The position numbers and the translations under genes were made by a program. A DNA stretch of 63,881 nucleotides, the filler included. It is 7 parts of 7 records of this genome, joined end to end, with 100 filler letters (N's around TTAATTAATTAA, not from the genome) between each part and the next. Parts side by side here need not be neighbours in the genome. Positions count along the whole stretch, not along the records: positions 45,860 to 52,272 come from DRR723986_8853; positions 52,373 to 58,504 come from DRR723986_8854; positions 58,605 to 63,881 come from DRR723986_9094; 4 more parts are not named here. One strand, given 5' to 3'. This document shows positions 50,852 through 60,417 of this stretch, piece by piece. Each line of letters begins with the position of its first letter. The first letter of the stretch is position 1. A model generated the notes under the pieces. The model was given only the letters and a program-made list of their open reading frames with translations, was not told the DNA's origin and did not search any database.

Positions 50852-51744
50852 AAAAACAGCCCTCCGCCATGGCCAAAGCCCGCAGGAACGCCCGGTATTT
50901 CTTGGAAAACCTTGCGCTGCGCGGCATTTTTGCCCTGCTTTTTGCCCTGCCCTATCCGCGCCGCGTGGCCTTGATGGGCTGGCTGGCCGCGCAGGTGATT
51001 GCGCCTGTTGCGGGCTGGCGGGCACGCGTGCGGGCCAATCTGGCCCATGTCTGCCCCGAGCTGCCCAAAACCGAGGTAGAGCAGCTGGCGCGCGCGGTGC
51101 CCAATAACGCCGGCCGCACCTTGATCGAGATTTATTCGGGCAGCGATTTTGTGGCCCGCGTGAAAGACAGCCCCATCGAGGGGCCCGGATTGGCCGCGCT
51201 GGAGCAGGCCCGCGCCCAAGGCCGGCCGGTGATTTTGGTGACAGCCCATTTTGGCAATTACGACGTGGCGCGCGCAGCCCTCAGCGCGCGTGGCCATAAT
51301 ATGGGCGCGCTTTATCGGCGGATGAATAACCCCTATTTCAACCCCCATTATGTGCGCTCGATCGGCAAAATTGGCCAACCCCTGTTCGAACAGGGCCGCC
51401 GCGGCATGGTGCAAATGGTCAAACACCTGCGCGGAGGCGGGGTATTGGGCATTTTAAGCGATGTGTATTTCGGCAATGGCGTGGCCATGCCCTTTTTTGG
51501 CAAACCCGCCATGACATCGCTGGCCACCGCTGAAATGGCACTGAAATACGATGCCCTGTTAATCCCCACTTTTGCCATCCGCCAGGACAACGGGCTAGAT
51601 TTTGTGATCCGCCTAGAGCCGCCTGTGCCCCATAGCGACGCTGTAACCATGACCCGGGCGGTAAATGCCCAGCTGGAAAGCCTGGTGCGCCAGCATATGG
51701 GCCAATGGTTTTGGATCCACCGGCGCTGGAAAAACGTGCGTTAA
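50848..51744 (+). CDS. Lipid A late acyltransferase (LpxL/HtrB-like)
   Basis: TAHFGNYD, PFFGKPA, QWFWIHRRWK. Confidence 0.9.
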   Translation: MKKQPSAMAKARRNARYFLENLALRGIFALLFALPYPRRVALMGWLAAQVIAPVAGWRARVRANLAHVCPELPKTEVEQLARAVPNNAGRTLIEIYSGSDFVARVKDSPIEGPGLAALEQARAQGRPVILVTAHFGNYDVARAALSARGHNMGALYRRMNNPYFNPHYVRSIGKIGQPLFEQGRRGMVQMVKHLRGGGVLGILSDVYFGNGVAMPFFGKPAMTSLATAEMALKYDALLIPTFAIRQDNGLDFVIRLEPPVPHSDAVTMTRAVNAQLESLVRQHMGQWFWIHRRWKNVR

Positions 51745-52272
51745 GGCAAAAGCGCCGCCGCCTCGATCTGCCCCGGCCCCTTGGGCGTGATGGTTTGCAC
51801 GATCACAGCCACAGGCAAATCGCCAGATACAGGATGCGTGATCGCCAGGGGCGCGCGCCCGTTCCATTCGGCCAGCAACGTCCAATCGCTGACGATATTA
51901 ACATATTGCACCCGCTTGCCCGCGTTTTCGCCACGGGAAATATCCACCACCGCATCGGGGCGATAGCGCACCAGCTGCACCGCCATGGCCCCAGCAACGG
52001 GGCCCGTTGGGCGCAGATCGATCTGCACATCATTGCCTTGGCGCGCCACGTTCAGGGCCAGCGTGCGCGGGCGTTCAGCATGGGCGCGCAGCAGGCGCAC
52101 CACATCGGCAATATGGGTGCCAACAACATGGTCTTGGCCATCAACGATCATTTGCGGCGTGTAAACGCTGCGTTGGCCGGCCACACGGGCATAGGCCTTT
52201 TGGCGCGCAGTGAATTGCGGCTGGGCGAATTGGTCTTTCCAGCCGATGTAATCCCAGTAATCCACATGCAGC
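51741..52272 (-). CDS. DUF1223 thioredoxin-like protein, 5'-truncated
   Basis: HVDYWDYIGWKD.F, VYTPQMIVDG, RGENAG. Confidence 0.88.
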
Positions 52273-52372
52273 NNNNNNNNNNNNNNNNNNNNNNNNNNNN
52301 NNNNNNNNNNNNNNNNTTAATTAATTAANNNNNNNNNNNNNNNNNNNNNNNNNNNNNNNNNNNNNNNNNNNN
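52273..52372. other. Artificial contig linker
   Basis: N44-TTAATTAATTAA-N44. Confidence 0.99.
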
Positions 52373-52373
52373 C

Positions 52374-53249
52374 GGGCGTGGCAAGTCGATGCTGATGGAC
52401 CTGTTTCATGCCCATGCCGGGATCGCACGCAAGCGCCGGGTGCATTTTCACGCCTTCATGCAGGAGATTCAGTCCGGCTTGCACGAGGCGCGTAAATCGG
52501 GTGCCGAGGATGCGCTGAAACCAGTGGCCGAGGCGGTGATCCGCGACGTGGACCTTCTGTGTTTCGACGAAATGCAGATCACCGATATTGCCGATGCAAT
52601 GATCGTCGGGCGCTTGTTCGAGATGCTTTTTGATGCTGGCGTCGTTGTCGTCACCACGTCGAACCGTCCGCCGGAAGACCTGTACAAACATGGTCTTAAC
52701 CGCCAGTTGTTTCTGCCCTTCATCGCCATTCTGAACGACAAGTTGGAAGTCCATGAGATCACCAGCCTGACAGACTATCGCCAGCACCGGCTGGAAGGGG
52801 AGAAAACCTATTTCGCCCCGGCCAACGCAGAATCGCGGCGCGCAATAGACGAGATCTGGCGTGACCTGACTGGCGGGAAGAGCGAAGAACTGGTGCTGGA
52901 GGTCAAAGGCCGTGAAGTGCATCTGCCGCGCTACTGGGCGGGCATGGCGCGGGCCGAGTTCTGGGATCTTTGCGGGCAACCGCTCGGCCCTGCGGACTAT
53001 CTTGCCCTTGCCGGTGCGGTGAAGCTGTTGGTCCTGGAAAACGTGCCACGGCTGGACAGTTCCAAGTTCAATGAAGCCAAGCGGTTCGTGACCCTGATTG
53101 ATGCGCTCTATGAGGCACGGACACGGGTGATCATCTCGGCCGAAGAAGAGCCGGAAAGGCTCTATCTCGAGGGATCAGGGAGTTTTGAGTTCGAACGCAC
53201 CGCCTCGCGTCTGCGGGAAATGCAAAGCGCGGATTGGGCCGCGGAATAG
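52374..53249 (+). CDS. zapE: AFG1/ZapE ATPase, 5'-truncated
   Basis: GRGKSMLMD, RVHFHAFM, LCFDEMQITDIADAMI, TSNRPP, FERTASRLREM. Confidence 0.93.
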   Translation, partial: GRGKSMLMDLFHAHAGIARKRRVHFHAFMQEIQSGLHEARKSGAEDALKPVAEAVIRDVDLLCFDEMQITDIADAMIVGRLFEMLFDAGVVVVTTSNRPPEDLYKHGLNRQLFLPFIAILNDKLEVHEITSLTDYRQHRLEGEKTYFAPANAESRRAIDEIWRDLTGGKSEELVLEVKGREVHLPRYWAGMARAEFWDLCGQPLGPADYLALAGAVKLLVLENVPRLDSSKFNEAKRFVTLIDALYEARTRVIISAEEEPERLYLEGSGSFEFERTASRLREMQSADWAAE

Positions 53250-53276
53250 GGTCGAAACCACTTATACAGAGACGAT

Positions 53277-53969
53277 CTACTCCCCACTCATTGGCGCAGG
53301 CTGCTGCCGGAGCTTCTGGGCATGGTCTTCGATAAGGCCCAATGCGAGTTGCCTGGGCTTTTCATCGAAACGCGTTCTCAGACCGGACACGGCAAGCGCA
53401 CCCAGAAGCTGACCATCGGAGGAGAAAACCGGTGTCGCAACGGACGAGATGTTGGGGTTCCGCCCGCCCGCCATGTTGACAGATCCAGCCTTGGTGAAGG
53501 CCACGCTTTCCGGCACCTGCTCGCCCGCGCAGCGCCGCAGAACCATGGCAACAGACCCTCGATCCATCGGCAGGCGCATACCCTCTTCCAGATGATAGCG
53601 GATCAGGTTGGGTGAATTTTCGCGGTAGAGGCACACCCGGTCCTCACCCGCGCGCACATAGAATGACGCTGTCTCGCCGGTCCTATCGACCAGATCACGC
53701 AGCACCGGGCGGATCGAAACGCCGTTCTGATAGTCCTGCCGGAACAAAAGCCCCAGGCGCCAGACGGACGCGCCAATCCCGTAGCGCCCGTCCGCATCGC
53801 GCGAGAGGAACCCATACAGCTGCATCGACGTCGCCTGGCGCAACACCGTGCTCTTGTGCAGTCCCGTTTCTTCTGCCAGCTCCGCAAGGTTCATTCGTCG
53901 CCGCTGGCTGGAAAAAGCCGACAGGATCGACATGGCCCGTTCGACGGACTCTATGCGCCCACTTGTCAT
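53277..53969 (-). CDS. IclR-family regulator
   Basis: SVERAMSIL, GLHKSTVLR, TGETASFY, VATPVF..GALAVSG. Confidence 0.92.
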   Translation of the reverse strand: MTSGRIESVERAMSILSAFSSQRRRMNLAELAEETGLHKSTVLRQATSMQLYGFLSRDADGRYGIGASVWRLGLLFRQDYQNGVSIRPVLRDLVDRTGETASFYVRAGEDRVCLYRENSPNLIRYHLEEGMRLPMDRGSVAMVLRRCAGEQVPESVAFTKAGSVNMAGGRNPNISSVATPVFSSDGQLLGALAVSGLRTRFDEKPRQLALGLIEDHAQKLRQQPAPMSGE

Positions 53970-54051
53970 CCGTGATTACCCTATTCCCCTCTGAATATCC
54001 CAAGCTTGCGCTCTGGCCCGATACTGTCCAGCAAGAATCCGCGGGCAGATC

Positions 54052-54103
54052 TGCAAATGACTCGCAACTGCATTGACTTCTTGCAAATCATTCTCATTAT
54101 TAT
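54052..54103 (+). promoter_or_regulatory. Promoter with two Mur/Fur-type boxes
   Basis: TGCAAATGACTCGCA (54052-54066) and TGCAAATCATTCTCA (54082-54096) flank -35 TTGACT (54073-54078); AT-rich -10 region. Confidence 0.7.
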
Positions 54104-54128
54104 TCTGAACACATCAAAAGGTGCAGTA

Positions 54129-55072
54129 ATGCTGACCCGCCTGACAACGGCTCTTTTTCTACTCGGTCTGTCCGCATCAGCGGCGCTGGCACAGCTGACG
54201 GTTGTCGCAACAACCGGGATGATCGCAGACACAGCCCGGCAGATCGGTGGCGACAGGGTAGAGGTGCGCGCGCTGATGGGGCCGGGGGTGGACCCCACGC
54301 CTATCGCCAGACCCGCAGCGACATCGTCGCCATGACCCGTGCCGATCTGGTTCTATGGCACGGGCTCTATCTGGAAGCGCAGATGGAAGAGTTCTTCGAA
54401 GATCTTTCCCGCAGCCGAAACGTGTTGGCCGTCGCCGAAGGCCTGCCGCGTGACTTGCTTTTGGCGCACGAGGATTACGAAAACCGCTTCGATCCGCATG
54501 TCTGGATGGTGCCTGATCTCTGGCAGCATGTCGCACGCAATGTTCTGGCTGCCCTGATAGCAACCGACCCGGACAACGCAGACCACTTCACAGCGAATGC
54601 AGAGGCCTTTTTCGATGAATTAGAGACGTTATCGGCATATTCGACCGAAACCTTGGGCACTGTTCCACAGGACCAGCGCGTGTTGCTGACGGCGCATGAT
54701 GCCTTCAACTATTTCGGCACAGCTTACGGGTTCGAGGTTCTGGGCATTCAGGGCATTTCCACCGAAAGCGAGGCCGGTCTATCCCGGATCGCGCAACTGG
54801 TCGATCTGCTGGTCGATCGCAACGTTCAGGCGGTGTTCGTCGAAAGCTCGGTCTCTGATCGCAACATTCGCGCACTGATCGAGGGCGCGGCGGCTCGGGG
54901 TCATGAGGTTCGCATCGGTGGCGAACTGTTCTCAGACGCAATGGGAGAGCCGGAAAGCTATGAAGGCACCTACCTTGGCATGATCGACCACAACGTCACA
55001 ACCATCACCCTGTCGCTAGGGGGCACGGCCCCGGACCGCGGGATGACCGGGCAGCTTTCGGCGGGGATGTGA
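54129..55072 (+). CDS. Mn/Zn/Fe ABC substrate-binding protein (TroA/MntA-like); one C missing at 54293-54296
   Basis: VVATTGMIAD..LMGPGVDP; adding one C restores DPHAYRQTRSDIVAMTRAD; DPHVW, TAHDAF, FSDAMG. Confidence 0.88.
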
Positions 55073-55878
55073 TGACTCAGATTGCACTCGCCAGCCGAGA
55101 TGGGCAGACAATGTCCGATGCATCGGCAAGCCATGCACCCATGTCGATCCGTGGCATGACCGTATCCTATGGGCAGAAACCGGTGGTGTTCTCGGTCGAT
55201 GCAACCTTCCCCGATGGGTCCATGACCGCGATCATAGGGCCGAACGGGGCCGGGAAATCGACCCTGTTAAAGGCCTCATTGGGCATTTTGCGGCCCCTGT
55301 CAGGTGTTGTCAGCATCTTTGGCCAGCCCCTGAATGCGCAGCGCCATCGTATTGCTTATGTCCCGCAACGCGCCAGCGTCGATTGGGACTTCCCGACGAC
55401 GGTTCTGGATGTTGTCCTGATGGGACTGTCCCGCGAATTGGGCTTGCTGCGCCTTGTCCGCCCGCGTCACCGGAACAAGGCGCTGGACTGTCTGACTCGC
55501 GTTGGCATGGCCGAATTCGCAGACCGGCAGATCGGCCAGTTGTCAGGCGGCCAGCAACAACGGGTGTTCCTGGCGCGGGCACTGGCGCAAGGGGCGGATC
55601 TCTACCTGCTGGATGAACCCTTCGCCGGTGTCGATGCCGCGACCGAAAAGGCGATCATCGAGATTCTCAAGACATTGAAGGCCGAAGGCAAGACCGTTGT
55701 ATCCGTCCATCATGACCTGTCCACCGTCACCGACTATTTTGACAGGGTGCTGATCCTGAATACCAGCAAGATTGCCGAGGGCCCTGTTGCCGACGCCTTT
55801 ACCGAGGCAAACCTGCAAGCGGCTTATGGCGGCCGGCTGGCCATGTCGCAGGTCTCGGGCATTCCGGCTGCGGAGTAG
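55072..55878 (+). CDS. Metal ABC transporter ATPase (TroB/MntB-like)
   Basis: GPNGAGKST, YVPQRASVDWDFP, LSGGQQQR, LDEPF, VHHDL. Confidence 0.95.
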   Translation: MTQIALASRDGQTMSDASASHAPMSIRGMTVSYGQKPVVFSVDATFPDGSMTAIIGPNGAGKSTLLKASLGILRPLSGVVSIFGQPLNAQRHRIAYVPQRASVDWDFPTTVLDVVLMGLSRELGLLRLVRPRHRNKALDCLTRVGMAEFADRQIGQLSGGQQQRVFLARALAQGADLYLLDEPFAGVDAATEKAIIEILKTLKAEGKTVVSVHHDLSTVTDYFDRVLILNTSKIAEGPVADAFTEANLQAAYGGRLAMSQVSGIPAAE

Positions 55879-55881
55879 CAG

Positions 55882-57087
55882 ATGCTGTGGCAAGCGCTGA
55901 CCCTTCAGCTTGGCTATAACGCCACGCTTGTCGCCATCGGTGCGACCCTATTGGGATTTGCAGCGGGTGTGACCGGTACATTCCTGTTCCTGCGCCGCCG
56001 CTCACTCGTTTCTGACGCGATCAGCCATGCGACCCTGCCGGGCGTCGGACTGGCCTTTATCGTCATGGTTGCCCTTGGTGGCGACGGGCGGAACCTTGCG
56101 GGGCTTCTGGCCGGGTCCGCGCTGACGGCAGCGTTGGGATTGTTGACCGTTCAATGGCTGACACGCCGTACAAGGCTTGCGGAAGACAGCGCCATTGGGG
56201 CGGTTCTGTCGGTGTTCTTTGGACTGGGCATCGTGTTGTTGACCGTGATCCAGACGATGGAGTCAGGTCGTCAGGCCGGTTTGGACGGGCTCTTGCTTGG
56301 CTCCACCGCTGGAATGCTACGCTCGGATGCGTTGCTGATTGCCGCAGGGGGCGCGCTTACCCTGATTCTGACCCTGATCCTGCGGCGACCGATGATCATG
56401 GTCGCCTTCGACGAGGGTTACGCGGCAGCGCGCGGACTGAACATCCGGCAGGTCGATCTGGCTACGATGGGGCTGGTCATGGCGGTGACGGTCGTGGGGT
56501 TGAAGGTGGTCGGACTTATCCTGATCGTGGCCCTGTTGATCATTCCGCCGGTCACCGCGCGGTTCTGGACGGACCGGACAGAACATGTCTGGCTGCTGTC
56601 GGGGATCACCGGAGGGCTGTCGGGCTTTGTGGGTGCGGCGATCTCGGCTTCGGCCCCGGCGTTGCCAACCGGGCCAATCATCGTCCTGACCGGTTTTTCC
56701 GCATTCGCACTGTCGCTGTTCCTGGCCCCCAACCGGGGTGTGCTGGCCGCCATTTTGCGCCACGTGGCGTTTCAGCGACGGGTGCATGTGCGGCAGGGGC
56801 TATTGGCATTGGCTCAGGGGCAGCCGATCTACGAGCGCTACACAATTCGGCTTCTGCACCGCGCGGGCCTGTCGCGTCCTGATGGCGTCGCGACGGATGC
56901 CGGACGCGCCCGTGCAGCGAAGGCACTTCTGGATGAGAAACGATGGGAGATCCTGCGAGCCATGCCCGACCAGGAAGCCGCAGCGGCGCTTTATGACGGT
57001 ATTCGGCCGATCGACACGGTCGTGACAAGAGACCAATTGGCCGAAATAGACACACATCTGGCAACCCCGCAGGAGGTTCCGGCATGA
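55882..57087 (+). CDS. Metal ABC permease (TroC/MntC-like) with C-terminal extension
   Basis: SDAISHATLPG, EDSAIG, AFDEGYA, LLIIPPVTAR. Confidence 0.93.
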   Translation: MLWQALTLQLGYNATLVAIGATLLGFAAGVTGTFLFLRRRSLVSDAISHATLPGVGLAFIVMVALGGDGRNLAGLLAGSALTAALGLLTVQWLTRRTRLAEDSAIGAVLSVFFGLGIVLLTVIQTMESGRQAGLDGLLLGSTAGMLRSDALLIAAGGALTLILTLILRRPMIMVAFDEGYAAARGLNIRQVDLATMGLVMAVTVVGLKVVGLILIVALLIIPPVTARFWTDRTEHVWLLSGITGGLSGFVGAAISASAPALPTGPIIVLTGFSAFALSLFLAPNRGVLAAILRHVAFQRRVHVRQGLLALAQGQPIYERYTIRLLHRAGLSRPDGVATDAGRARAAKALLDEKRWEILRAMPDQEAAAALYDGIRPIDTVVTRDQLAEIDTHLATPQEVPA

Positions 57088-58001
57088 GCGGATCAGAGTT
57101 CGTCCCCCTCAGCCTGACGCCGATCCTGATCGGAACCTTTGCCGCGATTGCCTGTGCATTGCCCGGCAACTTCCTCGTTCTCAGACGGCAGGCGCTGATC
57201 GGTGACGCCATTTCCCACGTTGTGCTGCCGGGAATCGTGGTGGCCTTTCTGATCACCGGCACCGTCGCAGCTTGGCCAATGATGATCGGAGCGGCTGTGG
57301 CGTCGCTTGTGGCTGTGGTGCTGATCGAGGCCATTCGCCGGCTTGGAGGGATCGAGCCGGGCGCGGCCATGGGCGTGGTCTTTACCACCATGTTCGCCGG
57401 GGGTGTGTTGCTTCTGGAACGGTCAGACACATCCAGCGTGCATCTGGACGTGGAACACGCGTTGATGGGCAATCTCGAAAGCCTGATCTGGTTGGACGCA
57501 TTTGGCTGGGAGTCGCTGCTTGATCCGGTGGCTTTGGCCGGGCTGCCGCCAGAGCTGATCCGCATTGCGTTGACGCTGATCGGTGTGATCTCCTTTGTCT
57601 GGCTGTTCTGGCGACCACTGAAAATCTCTACCTTTGATGAAGGGTTTGCCCGGGTGATGGGGATGCCGACCAACGTTCTTGGCATGGGGCTTGTCGGGGT
57701 GTCGGCACTGGCGGCGGTGGCGGCGTTTGATGCGGTTGGGTCGATCATCGTGATCGCCATGTTCATCTGCCCGCCTGCCGCTGCCCGGCTGATGACGAAT
57801 CGCCTGGGTTCACAAGTGGGATGGAGCGTGGTCTTTGCCACGCTGTCGGCGGTTCTTGGCTACGTTCTGGCAGGCTATGGGCCGCTATGGCTCGGGGCGC
57901 AGGATTCAGTCAGCGCGGCGGGGATGATCGCCACGGTGTCTGGGGTGATCCTTGCCCTGGCCGCGCTGTTTGGACCGGCGCGGGGTGGTGCGCAGGTGTG
58001 A
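57084..58001 (+). CDS. Metal ABC permease (TroD/MntD-like)
   Basis: GDAISHVVLPG, VHLDVEHALMG, STFDEGFA, AFDAVGSI. Confidence 0.93.
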   Translation: MSGSEFVPLSLTPILIGTFAAIACALPGNFLVLRRQALIGDAISHVVLPGIVVAFLITGTVAAWPMMIGAAVASLVAVVLIEAIRRLGGIEPGAAMGVVFTTMFAGGVLLLERSDTSSVHLDVEHALMGNLESLIWLDAFGWESLLDPVALAGLPPELIRIALTLIGVISFVWLFWRPLKISTFDEGFARVMGMPTNVLGMGLVGVSALAAVAAFDAVGSIIVIAMFICPPAAARLMTNRLGSQVGWSVVFATLSAVLGYVLAGYGPLWLGAQDSVSAAGMIATVSGVILALAALFGPARGGAQV

Positions 58002-58004
58002 GGG

Positions 58005-58388
58005 TCAGATATGGGCTGGATGCTGAGACGGGCTATCCACCCGATCCCCGACAATCATGGCCCTTGGAAAGGGGCCGCTGCCAATCGGGCCATCGGTGAA
58101 GAACGCAGTTGCGAACCGGTTGAGATCTGTCGGATCCGCATCCTCGGACACTCCACAAAAGACACGAAAACCCCTTTTACAGAGACTATATACGACGCCG
58201 CAGCCTTGCCCGCAGTCGCCTTGCAGCCTGCCATGGCCGGACATCTCGAAATCGTCTGAAAGGGTCTTGTCCCCGGCACGCAGCGCGGCGGAGAGTTGTC
58301 GTGCGAGCGTCAGCCCGACGGTGCAGGGCTGGCCGGTTTTGGGGCAGGTGGTGCAGCCATAGGAATAGCCGTTTTCAGTCAGGATCAT
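58005..58388 (-). CDS. Cys-rich putative metal-binding protein under a B12 riboswitch (distantly DUF1636-like)
   Basis: GGAGG RBS; CTTC..C and C..C..C..C; lies directly downstream of the B12 box. Confidence 0.7.
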   Translation of the reverse strand: MILTENGYSYGCTTCPKTGQPCTVGLTLARQLSAALRAGDKTLSDDFEMSGHGRLQGDCGQGCGVVYSLCKRGFRVFCGVSEDADPTDLNRFATAFFTDGPIGSGPFPRAMIVGDRVDSPSQHPAHI

Positions 58389-58399
58389 CGCGCCCTCCG

Positions 58400-58504
58400 C
58401 GCTGGGGATCGGACGGGTCGGGAGGGCCTAGAAAACCCCCACGAAGGACACCCCGCCTTCAGGTTTCAACAGTGATGGCAGGTCTCCTGACTTGCGGGTC
58501 ATTG
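58400..58504 (-). ncRNA. Cobalamin riboswitch (3' part and expression platform; 5' part lost in gap)
   Basis: Minus strand GCAAGTCAGGAGACCTGCCATC (58495-58474) matches the B12 box; downstream GCCCTCC can pair with the GGAGGGC RBS. Confidence 0.85.
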
Positions 58505-58604
58505 NNNNNNNNNNNNNNNNNNNNNNNNNNNNNNNNNNNNNNNNNNNNTTAATTAATTAANNNNNNNNNNNNNNNNNNNNNNNNNNNNNNNNNNNNNNNN
58601 NNNN
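58505..58604. other. Artificial contig linker
   Basis: N44-TTAATTAATTAA-N44. Confidence 0.99.
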
Positions 58605-58606
58605 GC

Positions 58607-58906
58607 ATCAGCGCCGAGGTCATCGACCTGCGCAGCCTGCGTCCACTGGATGATCAGACCATCATGGCCTCGCTTGCCCGCACCCGGCGCGCCGTGATCG
58701 TCGATGAAGGATGGCGCACCGGATCGCTGGCGGCGGAGATATCCGCCCGGATCATGGAACAGACCTTCTGGACGCTGGATGCGCCCGTTGGCCGGGTCTG
58801 TTCCGCCGAAGTGCCGATCCCCTACCCCAAACATCTGGAAGACGCGGCAATCCCGCAGGTTGCGGGGATCGTGGCGATGGCGAAATCCGTGATGGGGCGG
58901 GGCTGA
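58607..58906 (+). CDS. 2-oxoacid (pyruvate-type) dehydrogenase E1 beta, C-terminal part
   Basis: [35 protein letters not shown]. Confidence 0.92.
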   Translation: MSAEVIDLRSLRPLDDQTIMASLARTRRAVIVDEGWRTGSLAAEISARIMEQTFWTLDAPVGRVCSAEVPIPYPKHLEDAAIPQVAGIVAMAKSVMGRG

Positions 58907-60081
58907 TGGCTGTGTTCACGATGCCCTCGCTCGGGGCCGACATGGAGGCAGGTCGGTTGATCGAATGGCTGGTCGCCCCCGGCGACACGGTTGCACGCGG
59001 CGATATCGTCGCGGTGGTGGAAACCCAGAAAGGCGCCATTGAAATCGAGTGCTTCGAGGAGGGAACGGTTCGGGATCTGCTTGCGGATATCGGGTCCGAC
59101 CTGCCCGTCGGTGCGCCTTTGGCCATGATACAGGCCGAGGGGGAAACCATCCCAGAAGCCGCAGTCGCGGAACAGGCCAGCCCGGTTGAGGCAGAGGCCC
59201 CGGTGGTTTCTGCGCCAGCCCCGCAACCTGCAGCACCCATCCCGCCTCGGACGCTTCAAGCCCCTGCGCCCGGGGTGGTCCCAAGCTCTCCTGCTGCGCG
59301 CATCAGGGCCAAGGAACTGGGGCTCGATCTGGCAAACCTGAAAGGATCAGGGCCGGGCGGTGCGATTGTCCTGGCGGATGTCGAGGCCGAAAAGACACCG
59401 CAAACCAAACGCTCACCACAGGACGAAATGCGCAGGGCGATTGCAGCGGCAATGACCCGGTCCAAACAGACCATCCCGCATTTCTACCTGTCCCAGACCA
59501 TCGACGTGACACCCGCGATGGACTGGCTGGCGTCCTTTAACGAGGGCAAGCCGCCCTCCGAACGGGTGCTGTTGGGGGCGTTGTTTCTACGCGCGACGGT
59601 TCTGGCTGCAGCCAAGGTGCAATCTGTGAACGGACATTTCACCGACGATGGATTTCGTCCTTCCGCCAAGATCAACCCCGGCCTCGCCGTGGCCTTGCGC
59701 AGCGGCGGGCTGGTGGCCCCGGCAATCATGGACGCCGAGCAGATGGACCTTGTTGACCTGATGGCGGCAATGCGCGATCTGGTCGCCCGCGCCCGAACCG
59801 GACGCCTGCGCGGCTCGGAGATGACGGAAGGCACGATCACCCTATCCAGCCTCGGAGAAACCGGAGTCGAAAGCATGGCGGGCGTGATTTTCCCGCCGCA
59901 GGTTGCCCTTGTGGGCATCGGCGCGCCGGTTCTTCGCCCTTGGGTGGTCGAAGACCAGATCGTGCCGCGCCAGCTTGTTCATCTGACCCTGTCCGCCGAT
60001 CACCGCGTCAACGATGGCCGGCAAGCCGCTCGCTTCATCGCCGAATTCAATTCCCTTCTTTCGTCCCCGGAGGCCCTATGA
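58906..60081 (+). CDS. Dihydrolipoamide acyltransferase E2
   Basis: Lipoyl VETQKG, subunit-binding SSPAAR..GSGPGGAI, catalytic DHRVNDG. Confidence 0.94.
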   Translation: MAVFTMPSLGADMEAGRLIEWLVAPGDTVARGDIVAVVETQKGAIEIECFEEGTVRDLLADIGSDLPVGAPLAMIQAEGETIPEAAVAEQASPVEAEAPVVSAPAPQPAAPIPPRTLQAPAPGVVPSSPAARIRAKELGLDLANLKGSGPGGAIVLADVEAEKTPQTKRSPQDEMRRAIAAAMTRSKQTIPHFYLSQTIDVTPAMDWLASFNEGKPPSERVLLGALFLRATVLAAAKVQSVNGHFTDDGFRPSAKINPGLAVALRSGGLVAPAIMDAEQMDLVDLMAAMRDLVARARTGRLRGSEMTEGTITLSSLGETGVESMAGVIFPPQVALVGIGAPVLRPWVVEDQIVPRQLVHLTLSADHRVNDGRQAARFIAEFNSLLSSPEAL

Positions 60082-60323
60082 CACCCGATCAGATCCGCAT
60101 CGCATTCATCGAAGAACTGACCAATGTCGCACCGGATATCGACCCCGAGACGGTCGGCCCGGATGACCACATTCAGGATGACCTGGGACTCGACTCGATG
60201 GATGTTCTGACGCTTGTAACGGCCTTGCATGACAGGCTTGGCATCGACATACCCGAGGTCGATTATCCCCGGATCGCCACGGTGTCGCTGGCGGCGGCCT
60301 ATCTGGCAGAAAGAGCAACCTGA
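60078..60323 (+). CDS. Acyl carrier protein
   Basis: DLGLDSMD phosphopantetheine site; ATGA overlap with E2; GGAGG RBS. Confidence 0.9.
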   Translation: MTPDQIRIAFIEELTNVAPDIDPETVGPDDHIQDDLGLDSMDVLTLVTALHDRLGIDIPEVDYPRIATVSLAAAYLAERAT

Positions 60324-60361
60324 TCTTTCCACGGTCAAACATGACCAAGACGGGCTGAAAG

Positions 60362-60387
60362 TGATCCGCTTCCGAACCTCTCGCGTA
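60362..60387 (+). promoter_or_regulatory. RpoE (sigmaE/ChrR-type) promoter candidate
   Basis: TGATCC-N15-GCGTA 30 nt upstream of ATG 60418. Confidence 0.6.
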
Positions 60388-60417
60388 ATCGGTCCGCAAC
60401 ATGCAGGGAGAAATGTC

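Noticed and set aside
54290-54300. Phase variation of the metal-binding protein
   Set aside because: A run of 4-5 C is too short for typical slipped-strand switching; likely an assembly error.
17222-58604. Six identical TTAATTAATTAA palindromes in N-runs as a repeat array or CtrA sites; gene clusters spanning them
   Set aside because: Artificial six-frame-stop linkers. Flanks differ in composition and apparent taxonomy, and genes are cut at the junctions.
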